From the NCBI GenBank assembly GCA_008632985.1, contig QPGO01000141.1, positions 186,001-243,470 of the forward strand: a DNA stretch of 57,470 bases, written 5' to 3'. The notes under the pieces are model-generated. The model did not search any database, had not been told where the DNA came from, and saw nothing but the letters and a program-made list of their open reading frames with translations. Origin of the DNA: Psammoneis japonica (Eukaryota). The position numbers and the translations under genes were made by a program. This document shows, piece after piece, positions 12,445 to 24,920 of this stretch. Each line of letters begins with the position of its first letter. The first letter of the stretch is position 1.

Positions 12445-14306
12445 ATGAGCGCAAAGGAGGAGAATCAACCGCCGACGGCAAAAGTCGCCTCCAAAAATGA
12501 TGGGGCGAGTCAGATCTGTAAAGGCGACGGCGCCGGCGACGGCGGCGATATAAAGCCAGCACCGACTGAGAATAAGTCCAAGACGAAGTTCAGCATTGAG
12601 GATCTGTTCGGCAACAGCGATGACAGTGATGACGACGACGGAGCAATAGAGTCACGCGGCAAGGATGAGAATAGCCGCCCATCAAAGACTGACCATCCGG
12701 TGGTGAAAACCAGTATGGAGGAACTTTTTGGTTCATGTAGCAGCAGCGACGAGGATGATGACGAAGAAAATGGCTTTGACGATGAATCGTGGGATGCCGC
12801 GTACAAGGAGTGGGAAGCAGAACTGGAAAATAGGTGGCGAGAGGAGGAGAGACGCCGGGAAGACGCAAAAGACTTTGCTCGGAAGCACCCGCTTCGACGG
12901 GATAGGGTGGGCCCTATCAACCAACTTTGGCCGCAGCCGCTGTTCTATACCAGATTCGAGGCGCTCAGAAATAGGTCCGCTCGTCTAGGGAGGAGGACGG
13001 AAGGCGGCGGACCTTTCATAAGATCCAACGAAGAAATTGCTGCGCTGCAAATCGAAAGATTACCGTGCTCTGCTAAAGAGTTCTTCCAATCCCAGCGGCC
13101 CCGTGAACGAATAGAAGGCGAAGAAGGAGGGAAAAAGAAAAGCGCCGCACAATCGGCGCAGTCATATCATGGTTGGTCGCCTTCTCTCCGAACTGTTTTG
13201 GCCGGAACACGCAGCATCAAAAAGACCAAAACATCGATGGGCTCGCACGCTGTTTGTCCACTCTCTCTGTTGCGCGACTATGAAACGACCGTCATCCGAT
13301 ACATCTTTTCCTACCTGCGTGACGCACACGACCACGTGCGCTTTACAATCCCAGCCGACTTGGTGGGCGTCGGGGCGGGATGGTTGCTGATGCGGTTCGT
13401 TGCAGGTCGGCAATACCCCAACTGTCGTCAGCGGACCGTCGAACAGCGGTCCAATCTAACGTCCTCCATCCCACCCATCGCTGCCATGAGCGCACACAAT
13501 GATTACCTAGACACTGGAGGTGCAATAGCAACGATAATGTCCACTCCAAACCAGAGCAACGACAACAGTAGCGCAGAGGACAGTGCCATTGCCGATGCAT
13601 ATGTGGCCTTCTCCAAGGTAAGAAACGATGCTATCCAGCTCTTTCCGCCACCCCAGGGCCGGAACGTAAACATGATGCCCTTTGTCTTGGGAAGCAAAGA
13701 TTCCTTGCCCGACCACCTGCAATGCTACTATGATCTTATCGATGCCTGCCCCTGGGTGATGGAGGAAGAAGGCAATGTGGCCTACTTAACCGTGCAAGAA
13801 ACGGATTGTGTAGAGGCCGGAGAAACGCAGCGTCGCCCGGGTCTCCACATTGAGTCCCCCGGTGTTTTCGCAGACAGCTCCTTCCTTCCCTATTCGGAAC
13901 ATCCATGGGGAAATGGGTTTTTGTATCTGATGCATCCGTATAATTACGACCATTACGAAGGGGCATCTACATCACCAGCAACGTCGATGATACGACCGCC
14001 CTTTGGGACGGCTTAGTGGATCGATCTGTCCCCGGCATGGTAGACCGCCACGGCGGCTGCGAATACTTGCGCCCGATCTTCCCAGAGTCCAGAGCGACCA
14101 AACTCAAGGCCGGTGAGCTAGTGTGGATGACCGACTGTACGGTTCATGAAGCGTTGCCCCAGCCCCAGACAGGTCCCCGCACCTTCTTCCGCCTTGTGAT
14201 GCCCAGCGTGAGTCACTGGTACGCAGCCCATTCCACGCCTAATCCAAAAGTGCCGGTCCCAGAGACAGTGACGGTTATTGAGGGCAGCAAGTTTTCCGGT
14301 AGCTAG
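12445..14306 (+). CDS. Uncharacterised protein with acidic disordered N-terminus and C-terminal putative 2OG-Fe(II) oxygenase-like domain; single frameshift at ~13960
   Basis: ORFs 12445-14016 and 14016-14306 join if one G is added to the G-run at 13960-13963 (HYEGGIYITSNVDDTTALWDGLVDR). Motifs QRRPGLHIE, TDCTVHEALP and RTFFRLV fit an HxE...H...R pattern (fold assignment is inference). Confidence 0.7.
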
Positions 14307-14639
14307 GAAAAAAGAAGAACAGGACATAGTGATAATTGCCATGAGGTCCGACTTCTCGAAATCTGCTGACTCATTGCACGCAGTTCTTTCTCTATTGTTC
14401 ATAAGGTATGGGCGGCGCTCCCCACAGTTGAATAGAAGTTCAGTCAACAATGCGTACTTTGGCGTCAACATTACTTCTTGAGAACCCGCCCGTTTGCTTT
14501 GACTGTGTTTTTGATGCTCGCGGTGCAGCAGAAGGACGGTCATATTTCCAATGGGAAGGTATCTGTTGCTTGTCCAAAGGCACATCGCACGCATTCATTT
14601 CTCTCTTTCATATAATTAGCCATGGAAAATCTAGTTGTT

Positions 14640-15260
14640 TAATGTGAATACATAAAACAGATCCGGACAGGTCGCCGTTAACACCACGGCCCCATGCACC
14701 AACTGCAACGACACGTTCATCAGCCGACAATGTAACAGAAAATTCAAAGTTATCAAATTCATCCTCGCCAGTCAAAGTGTTGTTGCCCATCGGTCTCCAT
14801 CCCTTTGGATTGCTGTTGTACTGAAAGATTGCAACTTGTCCAACCGCGGTTGATTCATTCATGCTAAGACCATGACTTCCAACCCAACACTCGTCCATCA
14901 CCATTTGGAGGCACGGATTTACCAAAACTGTCACCAGGTTGTTGCCCGAGTAAAGTTTGACTTGTCCAACCGTGGTTGTAAGACCATGACTTCCAACTCA
15001 ACACTCTTCCATCACCATTTAGAGGCACTGATTTGCCAAAACTGTCACCAGGTTGTTGCCCCAGGGATTGGGTCACCAAGTGAATCCCATGTTGACGAAG
15101 CAGAATTGCACTGAAACACCAGTGCCCACCCAACATCATCTCCCTCCGAATCATTCCAAGGGTCTCCAAATGTTGCAATGTTGCCTGAGCAACTCAAGGG
15201 CACTGAGACATCAAATTGATCTCTGCTGGGGCCAGCTTGCCCAAACAGCATTTGCCCAAG
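14640..15260 (-). pseudogene. Rearranged FG-GAP 3' fragments with an ~115-bp internal duplication
   Basis: EFSVTLSADERVVAVGAWG..VNGDLSGS; LGQQPGDSFGKSVP occurs twice (~14865-14947 and ~14980-15061). Confidence 0.75.
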
Positions 15261-16008
15261 TTGGTTCCAGGCATTTGCATTGCTGCTGCACTGGAGAACA
15301 TTTTCGCCCATTCAGACTCAATGAAATCCTCAGCATTTGCAAAGAGTCACAGAGAGGAGCATGGGAAGTGTTGTTGTCAGGGATTTCCATGGCAGCAAGT
15401 TTTCTGGCCAAGACTTCAACAGTTTTGTCATCTGTCTCAACAGAAGCAAATGGATCCTCAACTTCTGGGGATGGGGCATCGGGCATGAATGGCCTGTTTG
15501 CAAGAGCGTGAGCCAGAGCTCTGCTGCATGGGTTTTGAGGAGGTTGGTTGCTCTGATTGGGAGTGTGATGGTTTGGACAGTTGGGAGAGCATCAGGTCAT
15601 TAAACAGGACTGTCAGGTTTGTTCAAGACAACTGCCAAAGTCTCGACAGTCTTCTTTGACTTGGTGCATGGAAACTTTTGCACTCGGGCTTCAGTGTGTC
15701 ATCTGCAAAGTTGGTCTGGGAACATCAATTGAAAAAACATGGAGAAGATGGTCCAGACACAGACAAATGCAGCCAGGAAGCCACTGGCCAAAATGCAACA
15801 CTGAGGCACCCAGCTGCTCTCATGACAAAAAAACAGCACAATTGCAACAAACTGTCAGACAGCAAGAATGTCTGATGTGCCGGCCCAACAAGATGTCAGG
15901 ACAGCAGCAGCATCCTGGCGCACTTGTGATTTGGATAAAGTGAGTGGAGAGACCCACACATCTTGGAGTGTTCCATCTGTTTGATGTGCTCTGCCAATGG
16001 CTGATGGT

Positions 16009-16405
16009 GACGCGTTCCAGCTCTGGGTGGGACCTCGCAGTGCTGAACTGTGACATCAACAGTTTTTTGGATCGCGCCGCATGTCGCGCACGCAGATGGC
16101 TGCGTGTGACATTCTACGAAATTGTTTCATGCTTCCTATTTTGCAAAGCCAAAGGCTTTCTATTTTCAACATTTATGACAATGAAAATGCACTGGGCACA
16201 TTCTTCAATGTCTGTGGAACACACCCATGCAAACTGTTGTTCATGTGCTGTGAGTGTGAAGGAGGAGATGCGCTCGTAAAATTGCCTCTTTTTCTGTTGG
16301 CGATCATTTGTGTTCTAATTGATTGACAATTTTAACACAGAGCTTGCACGCAGAAGTCTGCGGGCCCAATGTCACACGGAGTCCCACCTGGGATTGGAAC
16401 CCGTC
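16009..16405. mobile_element. MITE (~397 bp, 25-bp TIRs, 4-bp TSD TGGT), TA-mutated copy
   Basis: Ends GACGCGTTCCAGCTCTGGGTGGGAC...GTCCCACCTGGGATTGGAACCCGTC, flanked by TGGT at 16005-16008 and 16406-16409. Inverted relative of 46908-47297. Confidence 0.85.
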
Positions 16406-16972
16406 TGGTGTCACACCCACACTTTGAAGTTTTGGGCATGGGGATTTTGGCCAACCACTCATTTGGTGGATTTTCGCTCAACATGACGGCCACAGCATGC
16501 ATTTGCGTTGTTTGGCCACAGCTGTTTTTTTTTTTTGGCAAAGGCAATTTGAAAAATGACTTGATGTCATTTTGAAATTCTGTGTGGAGTGCATTGGAGA
16601 GAAAGAGGGGGGGGGGGAGAGTGTGGGGTGCATTGTGTGAGTGTGAGACAAACAACCACAGCACTCATTTTGCTTGATTCATCAAGCAACAACATGTCAC
16701 AAACAACCAACAGCAGTTTGTCCATCTTGGTTGTTGTTGTTGACACTCCATCGTGTTGAATTTTCAGCGAGCAGCGAGGAACGAGCGATGATTCGTGATT
16801 GGAATCGCACGACTAAAAACGTGGAGAGACAGACAGACTCACTTTTTCATTTTTGGACGCAAGCGGAAAATGCACCATGACACAATGAACGCGATGCACG
16901 GTCTGCAACAAAATGAACTGCAAAAACATGCAGCATGATTGATGCAAAAGGATGAAATGCAAAAATGTAGTT

Positions 16973-19900
16973 CTAATTGTCATTTACCGTGAATGCATGC
17001 GCACCGCCATTGGCACCAGAATAAAGCGCACCAACTCCAACGGTGCTTCCGTCGGCCGACAATGACACGGACCATCCAAAACGATCTTCCTCAGCCTCGC
17101 CATTTAAAGGATCGCCAACTTGCTTCCATTCGTCTGCATTGCTGTCATGCTGAAAGATTCGAACTTGACCCGCACTGACCAATCCATTGACGTCATGATA
17201 GCAACTTCCGACCGCCACGACGTTTCCATTGCCACTCAATGACACCGACCATCCAAAAAAATCGCCACGCTGTTGTGTCAATAGAGTTTGGCCACGTTGA
17301 CTCCACGTCAAAGTCGAGCGGTCGTACGAATAAACTAAAACCCGCTCGTTGTTGCCAAAAGGTGCACCCGCGGCCACGATCAAACCGCTGTCGTCAAGAG
17401 AAAGAGAATATCCAAACCAACCATTAAAGACTTGTCCATTGATTGGACTACCCAACATATCCCATTTTGAAGAGGCAAAATTGTATTCATACACCAACAC
17501 TTGACCTGCCCAGGGTCCTCCCAAATCATTGACATTTGCTCCAACACCAACAATGGATCCCTGCGCATTTAAGGAAACGGAAACACCAAAACGAACATCA
17601 GCGGCTTGGCCAATGAGTGTTTGTCCGAGTTGGTTCCAGGATGAGGAGCCGCGGTCATATTGAAACAATCGAACCGATCCAGAATCAAGGCCATTTTCTG
17701 TGTCAGCCCACCGCGCTCCCACGGCAAGAACGTCTCCCGCGTCCGAGAGCGACACGGAAAAACCAAAATGATCATAAGCGTTTTGTCCAAGAATATCGCT
17801 ACCGATTTGGACCCAACGATTTGAGGCAGAGTTGTATTCAAACACGCGAACATGGCCGGCATCCATTCTGCCACTGTCATTCTCATTAGCTCCAACAGCA
17901 AGAATTGTGCCGTCGCCATTTAATGAAACAGACTCGCCAAAATCGTCGCCGCCAGTTTGTCCAATCAATTTTTGGCCAAATTGTTTCCATTGTTGGGTGC
18001 TTGGATTGTATTCATTGATAACAACATAGCCGGGTCTGAGAGAAGACAATGCTTGATCCGCTCCAATAGCCATGACATTACCATCGCGAGACAAGGATAC
18101 GGAACTGCCAAAATCATCATTTGCATCGTTGCCGTGCAAGTCTTGTCCAACGGGCTGCCACAGGCCGTCTGGCAGTGTAATGATTGGCGTAGGAGCTAGC
18201 GTTGTCGAGGGTGGTGACTGGAGATCTTGTGTCGGTGAGTTTGTCGGCGTGGGTGTGGGTGGCAAGGTCGGGTTTGGTGTTATCTCTCCAATGCTAACGC
18301 TATCAAGGTTGTCAAAGACGTCATTGACCCTAGCTTTGCCGGCTTCTCGAAGGACCTCTACATAAGCAATTCTTCTGGAGGACGTCCTGAATGGTTCACT
18401 GACCAAGTAGTCAATTGAAACGTTATCGTCCTTGATTGTATAAGTGAAAGTTTGATTATATGTAACGAGCAAAGACGAATCAGTACCCTTGTCAACACCT
18501 CTTACAACAGTTGTGTTTACCACCTGCAGTATGGTTTCAACATCTTCAACTTTGGTAGTTTGTAAAAAGCGCAATAATCGACGTCGACGACTATTGAAAA
18601 AGTCCTCGGCATATCTCTTTGTCGTGGATGTCCATAAATCTGTGTCGTCTGCATCAAACACTGATTCCAAAGCAACCAAATTCATGACCAATCCGGTTGT
18701 ATATTTTGTGGATTGCTCTAGAGGTGGAGGCGGTCGCGTAGCCATAATAGTGACGGTGACGATCACAGCAATAATGGCCAATATCGTAGCTCCTCCTATT
18801 CTAATGAAGCGTATGCGACGGCGCTCAATGTTGCGATCGACATCACTGTCAAGAGGAGCTGCTTCCTCGTCGACTGGAGGTAGCGTATCACGAGATTTTG
18901 AGACATCGACCTGGGGTTCGCCATCCATGCCATTAGCCTCAATGGGGGAAGCTAGGCTCTTCAACTCGGATGATACCAATAGATCGGGCGACGCATTGCC
19001 CCGTCCGTAGCGATCGCGACCTATCTCAGACAGACATTTGTTCTTGATTGAGGTCAAAGTCACTGGGAAAACAACCGGGAGCGGACCGTTGACCTTCTCC
19101 AGTAAGTCATCACTGTCATATTGACAATTTTCTGACAAACAAAGGCAGCTCACAGCAATGACAACTCCAAAACTGTACTGGTCAACGGTGTAAGTGTACA
19201 TTCTGTCTCGTGCAGATGACCCAATCCCGATAGCTCTAATTTCGGGTGCCATGTAGTACCATGTACCCGCCACAGAACCTGCCAGAATACTGGAAGCACT
19301 GTCTATCTTTCGAGCAGATCCAAAATCGGAAAGCTTGGGAGTGAAACCATGGTCTAGTAGGATATTTCCTGGCTTGATGTCACGGTGAATGATCCGACGT
19401 TGATGGATGTGTTCCATCCCGAGAGCAATTTGGTAGAATAGCTGGATCACCGCATAAGTAGAGACACTGTCATTTTCACAATCATAGCCTTCCATTTGAG
19501 ATCTCTTTGATTCATCTCGCAGAAAATCTTCCAAAGATCCGAAAACCACATATTCCATTGCGATGCAAAGAGTGTCTTCCAGACGGGTCAGACCGACAAT
19601 ATTTGCAACGAAAGATGAGTCGGAGCAGCGCTCATGATTTACGAACTCATCTAGCGCTTCACCACCATCTTGGACATTCGGTTTCTTTATCGCAATCGGT
19701 TTCTTTATTGCAATTGCCGCACCTTTATATTCCGCCTTGTAAACGATACCAAACGAACCCCTTCCTATTTCTTCGCTGCGAGTGATTTCGTCCTCTTTGA
19801 TTTCACGGGCACGAGAAATGATATCCAAGAGCTTCTCTCGATTTTCCTCCTTTGCTTTAGCAAGCTTCACAGCCGGACTATTCTGAAGATGGTCATTGAG

Positions 19901-20458
19901 ATCCCCGTGGCCTTGTATGTAGAGAAGAAGTACGTCCACCTTTTCCTTGATGACTTCGAGGTCGTCCTCCACAAGCTCGGAATGTAAACACTGTTGCTGT
20001 CCCTGCTGTTGATTCTGCGCAACAAGAATCTGAACAAGACCCATTAATTCATGCTCGAACGCCCTACTTTCGGCTCGAAAGTCAAACTCAAAATCAAACT
20101 GAAAATCATCACGGCACTGACTTAGACCAGTGCTGAGACTACTGTACTCATCCAGCAAAACACGATGAAACACCATCTGCCTCAGAGTGGATTCCTTCTG
20201 AAGCTTGACAAAGTATGCCTCGGTGCGATCCAACAGTTTCTGAAATGCCACGATATGACTCTCTTTCACAGTAGCGGAAGCATTTTCTTCCTTCATGTAT
20301 TGGAGCCTGCGTTCGAACATTTCGACACGATCTCTTAGGATCTGGGCCAAATCTGGAAAGGTCTTGACATCCTGATACGCCCTGTAGACGTTATAGATCT
20401 TCCCAGCTACCAAGTCAGTAGCACTCGCGACCGCTATTACAAAACCCGCGGTATCCAT
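16973..20458 (-). CDS. Receptor-like kinase with inverted topology: MLKL/HeLo-like helical N-domain, TKL-type kinase, TM, SEA-like domain, PT stalk, FG-GAP beta-propeller (1161 aa)
   Basis: Intact ORF with kinase motifs GRGSFG, AIKK, HRDIKPGN, DFG and GTWYYMAPE. TM IGGATILAIIAVIVTVTIM follows RRRIR. Repeated FGxSVSL..DG..LAVGA blades. Confidence 0.9.
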   Translation of the reverse strand: MDTAGFVIAVASATDLVAGKIYNVYRAYQDVKTFPDLAQILRDRVEMFERRLQYMKEENASATVKESHIVAFQKLLDRTEAYFVKLQKESTLRQMVFHRVLLDEYSSLSTGLSQCRDDFQFDFEFDFRAESRAFEHELMGLVQILVAQNQQQGQQQCLHSELVEDDLEVIKEKVDVLLLYIQGHGDLNDHLQNSPAVKLAKAKEENREKLLDIISRAREIKEDEITRSEEIGRGSFGIVYKAEYKGAAIAIKKPIAIKKPNVQDGGEALDEFVNHERCSDSSFVANIVGLTRLEDTLCIAMEYVVFGSLEDFLRDESKRSQMEGYDCENDSVSTYAVIQLFYQIALGMEHIHQRRIIHRDIKPGNILLDHGFTPKLSDFGSARKIDSASSILAGSVAGTWYYMAPEIRAIGIGSSARDRMYTYTVDQYSFGVVIAVSCLCLSENCQYDSDDLLEKVNGPLPVVFPVTLTSIKNKCLSEIGRDRYGRGNASPDLLVSSELKSLASPIEANGMDGEPQVDVSKSRDTLPPVDEEAAPLDSDVDRNIERRRIRFIRIGGATILAIIAVIVTVTIMATRPPPPLEQSTKYTTGLVMNLVALESVFDADDTDLWTSTTKRYAEDFFNSRRRRLLRFLQTTKVEDVETILQVVNTTVVRGVDKGTDSSLLVTYNQTFTYTIKDDNVSIDYLVSEPFRTSSRRIAYVEVLREAGKARVNDVFDNLDSVSIGEITPNPTLPPTPTPTNSPTQDLQSPPSTTLAPTPIITLPDGLWQPVGQDLHGNDANDDFGSSVSLSRDGNVMAIGADQALSSLRPGYVVINEYNPSTQQWKQFGQKLIGQTGGDDFGESVSLNGDGTILAVGANENDSGRMDAGHVRVFEYNSASNRWVQIGSDILGQNAYDHFGFSVSLSDAGDVLAVGARWADTENGLDSGSVRLFQYDRGSSSWNQLGQTLIGQAADVRFGVSVSLNAQGSIVGVGANVNDLGGPWAGQVLVYEYNFASSKWDMLGSPINGQVFNGWFGYSLSLDDSGLIVAAGAPFGNNERVLVYSYDRSTLTWSQRGQTLLTQQRGDFFGWSVSLSGNGNVVAVGSCYHDVNGLVSAGQVRIFQHDSNADEWKQVGDPLNGEAEEDRFGWSVSLSADGSTVGVGALYSGANGGAHAFTVNDN

Positions 20459-21082
20459 CTTGAAACAGTCGATAGAGAAAACAACTTTTGGGTCTTGTCA
20501 CCTCTACCGCATGAAGTTGCTTTTGGGGTTGCATCCGCGACTCCCTCTTTGTTCGTGCGAGAAACTTCAACACCGGTAAACCCCTTCGTAGCATCCACAA
20601 GGATCCGAATCCATGCTCGTAAACACCTGCGTGTCAAGGAGTTTCAAGTTGACGTCAGCGTGACGGAGGCTTGGCAGGCAAGCATCATCTGAATGACAAT
20701 GAATGGAGCACACGATGTGGTCCAAGGCTTTGGCTTCACAGAGTCTGTGATGAGCAGATTGCTACATGAAGCTGAGCCTTTCCATTGTCTAGTCTCCTTC
20801 TTTCAGAACCGCCATCATCCATCATGGTCACTTCTGTTTGAGGGTCGGAGGGAGGTTTTGTGGAAGATCGCGTCGCGCGGCACAGCTTCAATCAACGCAT
20901 GGAGCGCGCGGCCACCGGGCTTGAGCATCAGAAAAGCACACGCAACCACAGTGCATCGCCGCCACAAGCTCGAGCCATGATAGTTATCGAAACGAGAGTC
21001 TATGGCGGAGCGCGATGCTCATGGCTGGCAGAAAGACCAAAGTTGAAAGACAAGCAACAAAGCGACTGTCGAAGCCACCTGC

Positions 21083-24000
21083 CAGTTGTTTGCAGAGAAT
21101 CCAAAAGCAGATCCTGAATCCACGCCATTGCTGTTGTGTCCATTCGACGCACCAACTCCAACAGTCTTTCCGTCTGCCGACACAGACAATGACCACCCAA
21201 ATTTTTATCTCCTTGAGCCTTGCCATTCAAAGGATCACCCACCTGCTTCCATTCATTGGTGTCAGTGTCATGCTGAAAGATTCTAACTTGACCCGCATTG
21301 GCCAATCCATTTGCGCCATGCTCTTTGCTTCCAACTGCCACCACATTTCCATTTCCGCTCAACGACACCGAGTGTCCAAAATCATTGCTTGGCTGTTGGG
21401 TTGGCAAAGTTTGCCCACGCTGTTTCCATGCTGAAGAATCGTGATCATGGAAGCATGCCAAAACTCTTTCATTGCTTCGCAGCAATTAAATTTTTCTGTT
21501 CAGTGCCAGCAATGCTTGCATTCCCGGTGATCTCGTGAGCTGTGTGCATGATGATTTCCTGCCAAAACATGATCACATCTGTGAGTCGTGTCATGATGGA
21601 CCCGCCCAAAAAAGAGGTCATGTCTGTGAGTCATGCAAACAAAAACCCAAGCGCACACAAGGCACGTGAAATGAAACAACCCAAGACAATGCACTGCATG
21701 GAATGCACACAACAGAGCCGTTGTCCCATGTGGCATTGTGAGAAATGAAAAAGAACGCTTCTGGCCAAAAGTGCACAGCATTGTGCCAAATCCACTGTGA
21801 TGTCTCCCAAGCATTTGACGAACATGTTCCATTGTTTTTCTTGTGACAATTGGAGCAGCAAATTTCATGTGGAGATTTAATTTTTTTCGGGCAAGATGAT
21901 GCATCTCTACAGCACAAAAAAACACCACCACCTAAAGGTTTGACTGTGCACCAGAATTTTCATTTTTTGTGCTGACACATGAGGAGCCAGTGCACCCAGA
22001 GGCAGCTTTCAAAAAAAGTGTGGCACCAAATTCTGTGGCTCAAATTTTGTTGCAAGGTTGCAGGAAGTCATTTGGCACAGCAATGAGAGGAGAGCTGAGC
22101 TGCAGAGCAGCAACAAGATGTCCAAGAGATGTGCTTTCAACACAGCTGGAATGCTTGAGGACAACACATGAGATTTTCTGCATGTTTCTGCACAACACAC
22201 ATTGTTTGCACTGCACCCACATGGAAATCTCAAGCACCTGAGTGCAGACATCATTTTTTTCATGCACCAATCTGGCAACAATCACAAATCATGCAAACCA
22301 AAAATGGTGTCATGCCACCAACATCAAATTGTCAATTTTTGCACCAATTGTCAGAATGACATTCGTCAACACATTCATCAATCAACTTGATGCCAAACAA
22401 TTGTAAAGAACAATGTGTTTGTTGACACGTTCCTTGTCAACCAACTTGACCTGCCAAATGATGGCAGTGACTCTGGCCCTGGCAACAACATGGCCAGGAG
22501 GATTGGAGCAAGACAAATGTTGACTCGCTCCAACAGCCATGACATTGCCATCACGAGACAAGGAGACGGATTCACCAAAACTGTCTTCTGCAGCTTTGCC
22601 GTGCAAAACTTGACCAACAGGATTCCACATGGGTGTTGGAGTGGGGCGTTGAGTTGGATTGAGCATTGGACGAGGCGTTGGATTGAGAGTTGGATGAGGC
22701 GTTGGACTGAGAGTTGGACAAGGAGAGGGGTTCCCCATTGGCAATGCTGTTGGATTGCGGGTTGTTGGACCTGGAGTCGATGGTGGCGACGCGGGATCTT
22801 GTGTTGGCGGTTTTGCAATGGGAATGCTGTTTGCAGGAGGCGGGCGTTGGAGCAGCTGTGCCAGTTGAGACTTCACCAGTGCCAATCAAATTGTCAAAAG
22901 CATCGCTTCCGGCATTGGCACCCACCGCCTGGAGGTCATTCACGTGGGCCAACCTCCTTGCTGATGTCTTGAATGGCTCGGTCGCCATGGCATCCATGGA
23001 AATGTTGCCGTCACTGCTGTCGTCAGAAGCACACATGACAGCCTGATTGCATGTGATTTGAAGGGAGGATTCTCCATCACCCTTTTCTTGAACCACAACA
23101 GTGTTGGTGACCTCCAAAGTTGTCTTGACGTCTTGCACTGTTGATGCTTGTAAGTTACAAATCAACAATTCACCAAGGCCACGTTGATGACGAGTGTTGA
23201 AATGATCCTCGACGAATGCCTTGGTTGCCATGGCCTGCAACTCGGAATCGTTTTCTTCAAACTTGGCATCTAGACCAATCAAATGCATGACCAAACTGGT
23301 GGCTTGTTCGGCAGTCTCAGTGGCGGGTGCAAATGCAGGTGAAACCGCAGGGCTGCCTCCACCACCAGCATCCCACGGCTTTGCTGCAATGACAACCCCG
23401 ACAATCGCAGCAATGACCAATGCGATGACACCAAGAATTTTGAATCGTTTGTGAAGGCGCTCACAATGAAGCTCCTCTTCAGCACTCTCATTGTCTTGAT
23501 CAATGCGCGTTGTTTCATTTGCTTGTTCATTCCATCCAACACCACCATCAGCAGGAACCCCCTCTACAACTTGTGCCTGGTGAATCCCTGCTTCAAGCAA
23601 AGCAAATCGTTCCAGAAGAGCTGCAACATTTTCAGTTTCTTCTGCCAATCGAGCTTCGACGAGTGGAGCACCACCATTGTCAGTGCCAGCAGAATCATCT
23701 GGAGGAGGAGGCATTGAATCATTGGACCGCATCATTTCGGGTCCTGACAAGAGAGAAACATTGTCATCAGCGTTCCTTTCTCTTCGTTCCTCTGGTTCTC
23801 CTGGCCCAATGGCAATGGCACCAGCAGCATCTGCATCTACACCTGCAATGTCAGATGTTGAGTTTGAGGCAGTCATGGCGCCGATGTCGTCATCAGCACA
23901 ATCCAATTCAACAAGCAGTTGTTCTTCTTCTTTTTGTTCTTCAACCGCAAAGGCTTCTTCTGCTTGTTGCTGCTCTTGACGGCAGCGATGGGCAGTTTTT

Positions 24001-24170
24001 TGTTTCTTCTTTTTCTTGTGAGAAGCAGCGGTGGCCGTTTCTCCCCCGCAGGAATTGTTTTGTCAAATTCTTCCAGTTGTTGCTTCTCCTTTTCGTCATC
24101 CTTCAAGTTGCCGCAAACACCACGCCTGTCGCACATGTCATCAGTGTTGTTGTTGTTGAACGATTCACGA
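21083..24170 (-). pseudogene. Chimeric FG-GAP family pseudogene
   Basis: The 3' part (21083-21480) copies the end of gene 43256-46012. An unrelated insert occupies ~21481-22483. The 5' part (ORFs 22382-22885 and 22572-23906) resembles 4320-7282. Confidence 0.85.
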
Positions 24171-24568
24171 TTCATCACGGGGGTGAGCAACTCTACAACA
24201 AGAAAGATGCATGGACAAACCACCAACAAACAGCCACAATCCACAAGCCACACAAGTGAGAGGTTTGTGATGCCGCAGATGCAAGTTCTGAAGACAAGCG
24301 CACTTGAAGCACAAACGATGAACGCGGATGCGCACTCCCCAGCGTTCGGGACAAAGAAAATGCTCAGCACCATCCTCGAACGGACAAATGATGATGTTTG
24401 CTTTTGTGTTTCTTGCATGTTGTTCTGTCACTGCATGTCAAGTGAACAAGCACCAAGCAGCGTGTGGTTGTCAGGAGCTTTTTTTCATCCTTTTTGCACT
24501 GAGCTGCCAATGGTTTGAAATCTCTTCACCCACCGTGTCACCAACAAGAATGGCAAGCACTCGACAAA

Positions 24569-24920
24569 GCTCTGTTGCATCTTGGCAGGCTGTTGGGCAA
24601 AGCTTGTGAGCTGTTGATGTGGGCCCACCTCCATCCTTTGTGTTCTTGGACAGATTTTTCTCAAAGAAAAAGTGGCAAGTTGCAAGGTGGCATTGACTGT
24701 CATGATTGCCATGACCCCAACCCAGTTGAAATGTCTGCTCATGCTGCACTTTCACAAGCTCGTCGACAACCACCCATTTGGGCAGTTGAAGCACTGTTGA
24801 CAAAAGCCCCAACTGCCTCAACACAATTCAACATTCGTTGCCTCATTGAGTGTCACTCAACCCCGGTGTGTGGACACTCACATGTGCCAAAATGCCCCCA
24901 ACAATTTGGAGACCTTGGAT
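24569..24920 (+). pseudogene. PIG-B internal fragment copy 2
   Basis: Same fragment as 9519-9875. Confidence 0.85.
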
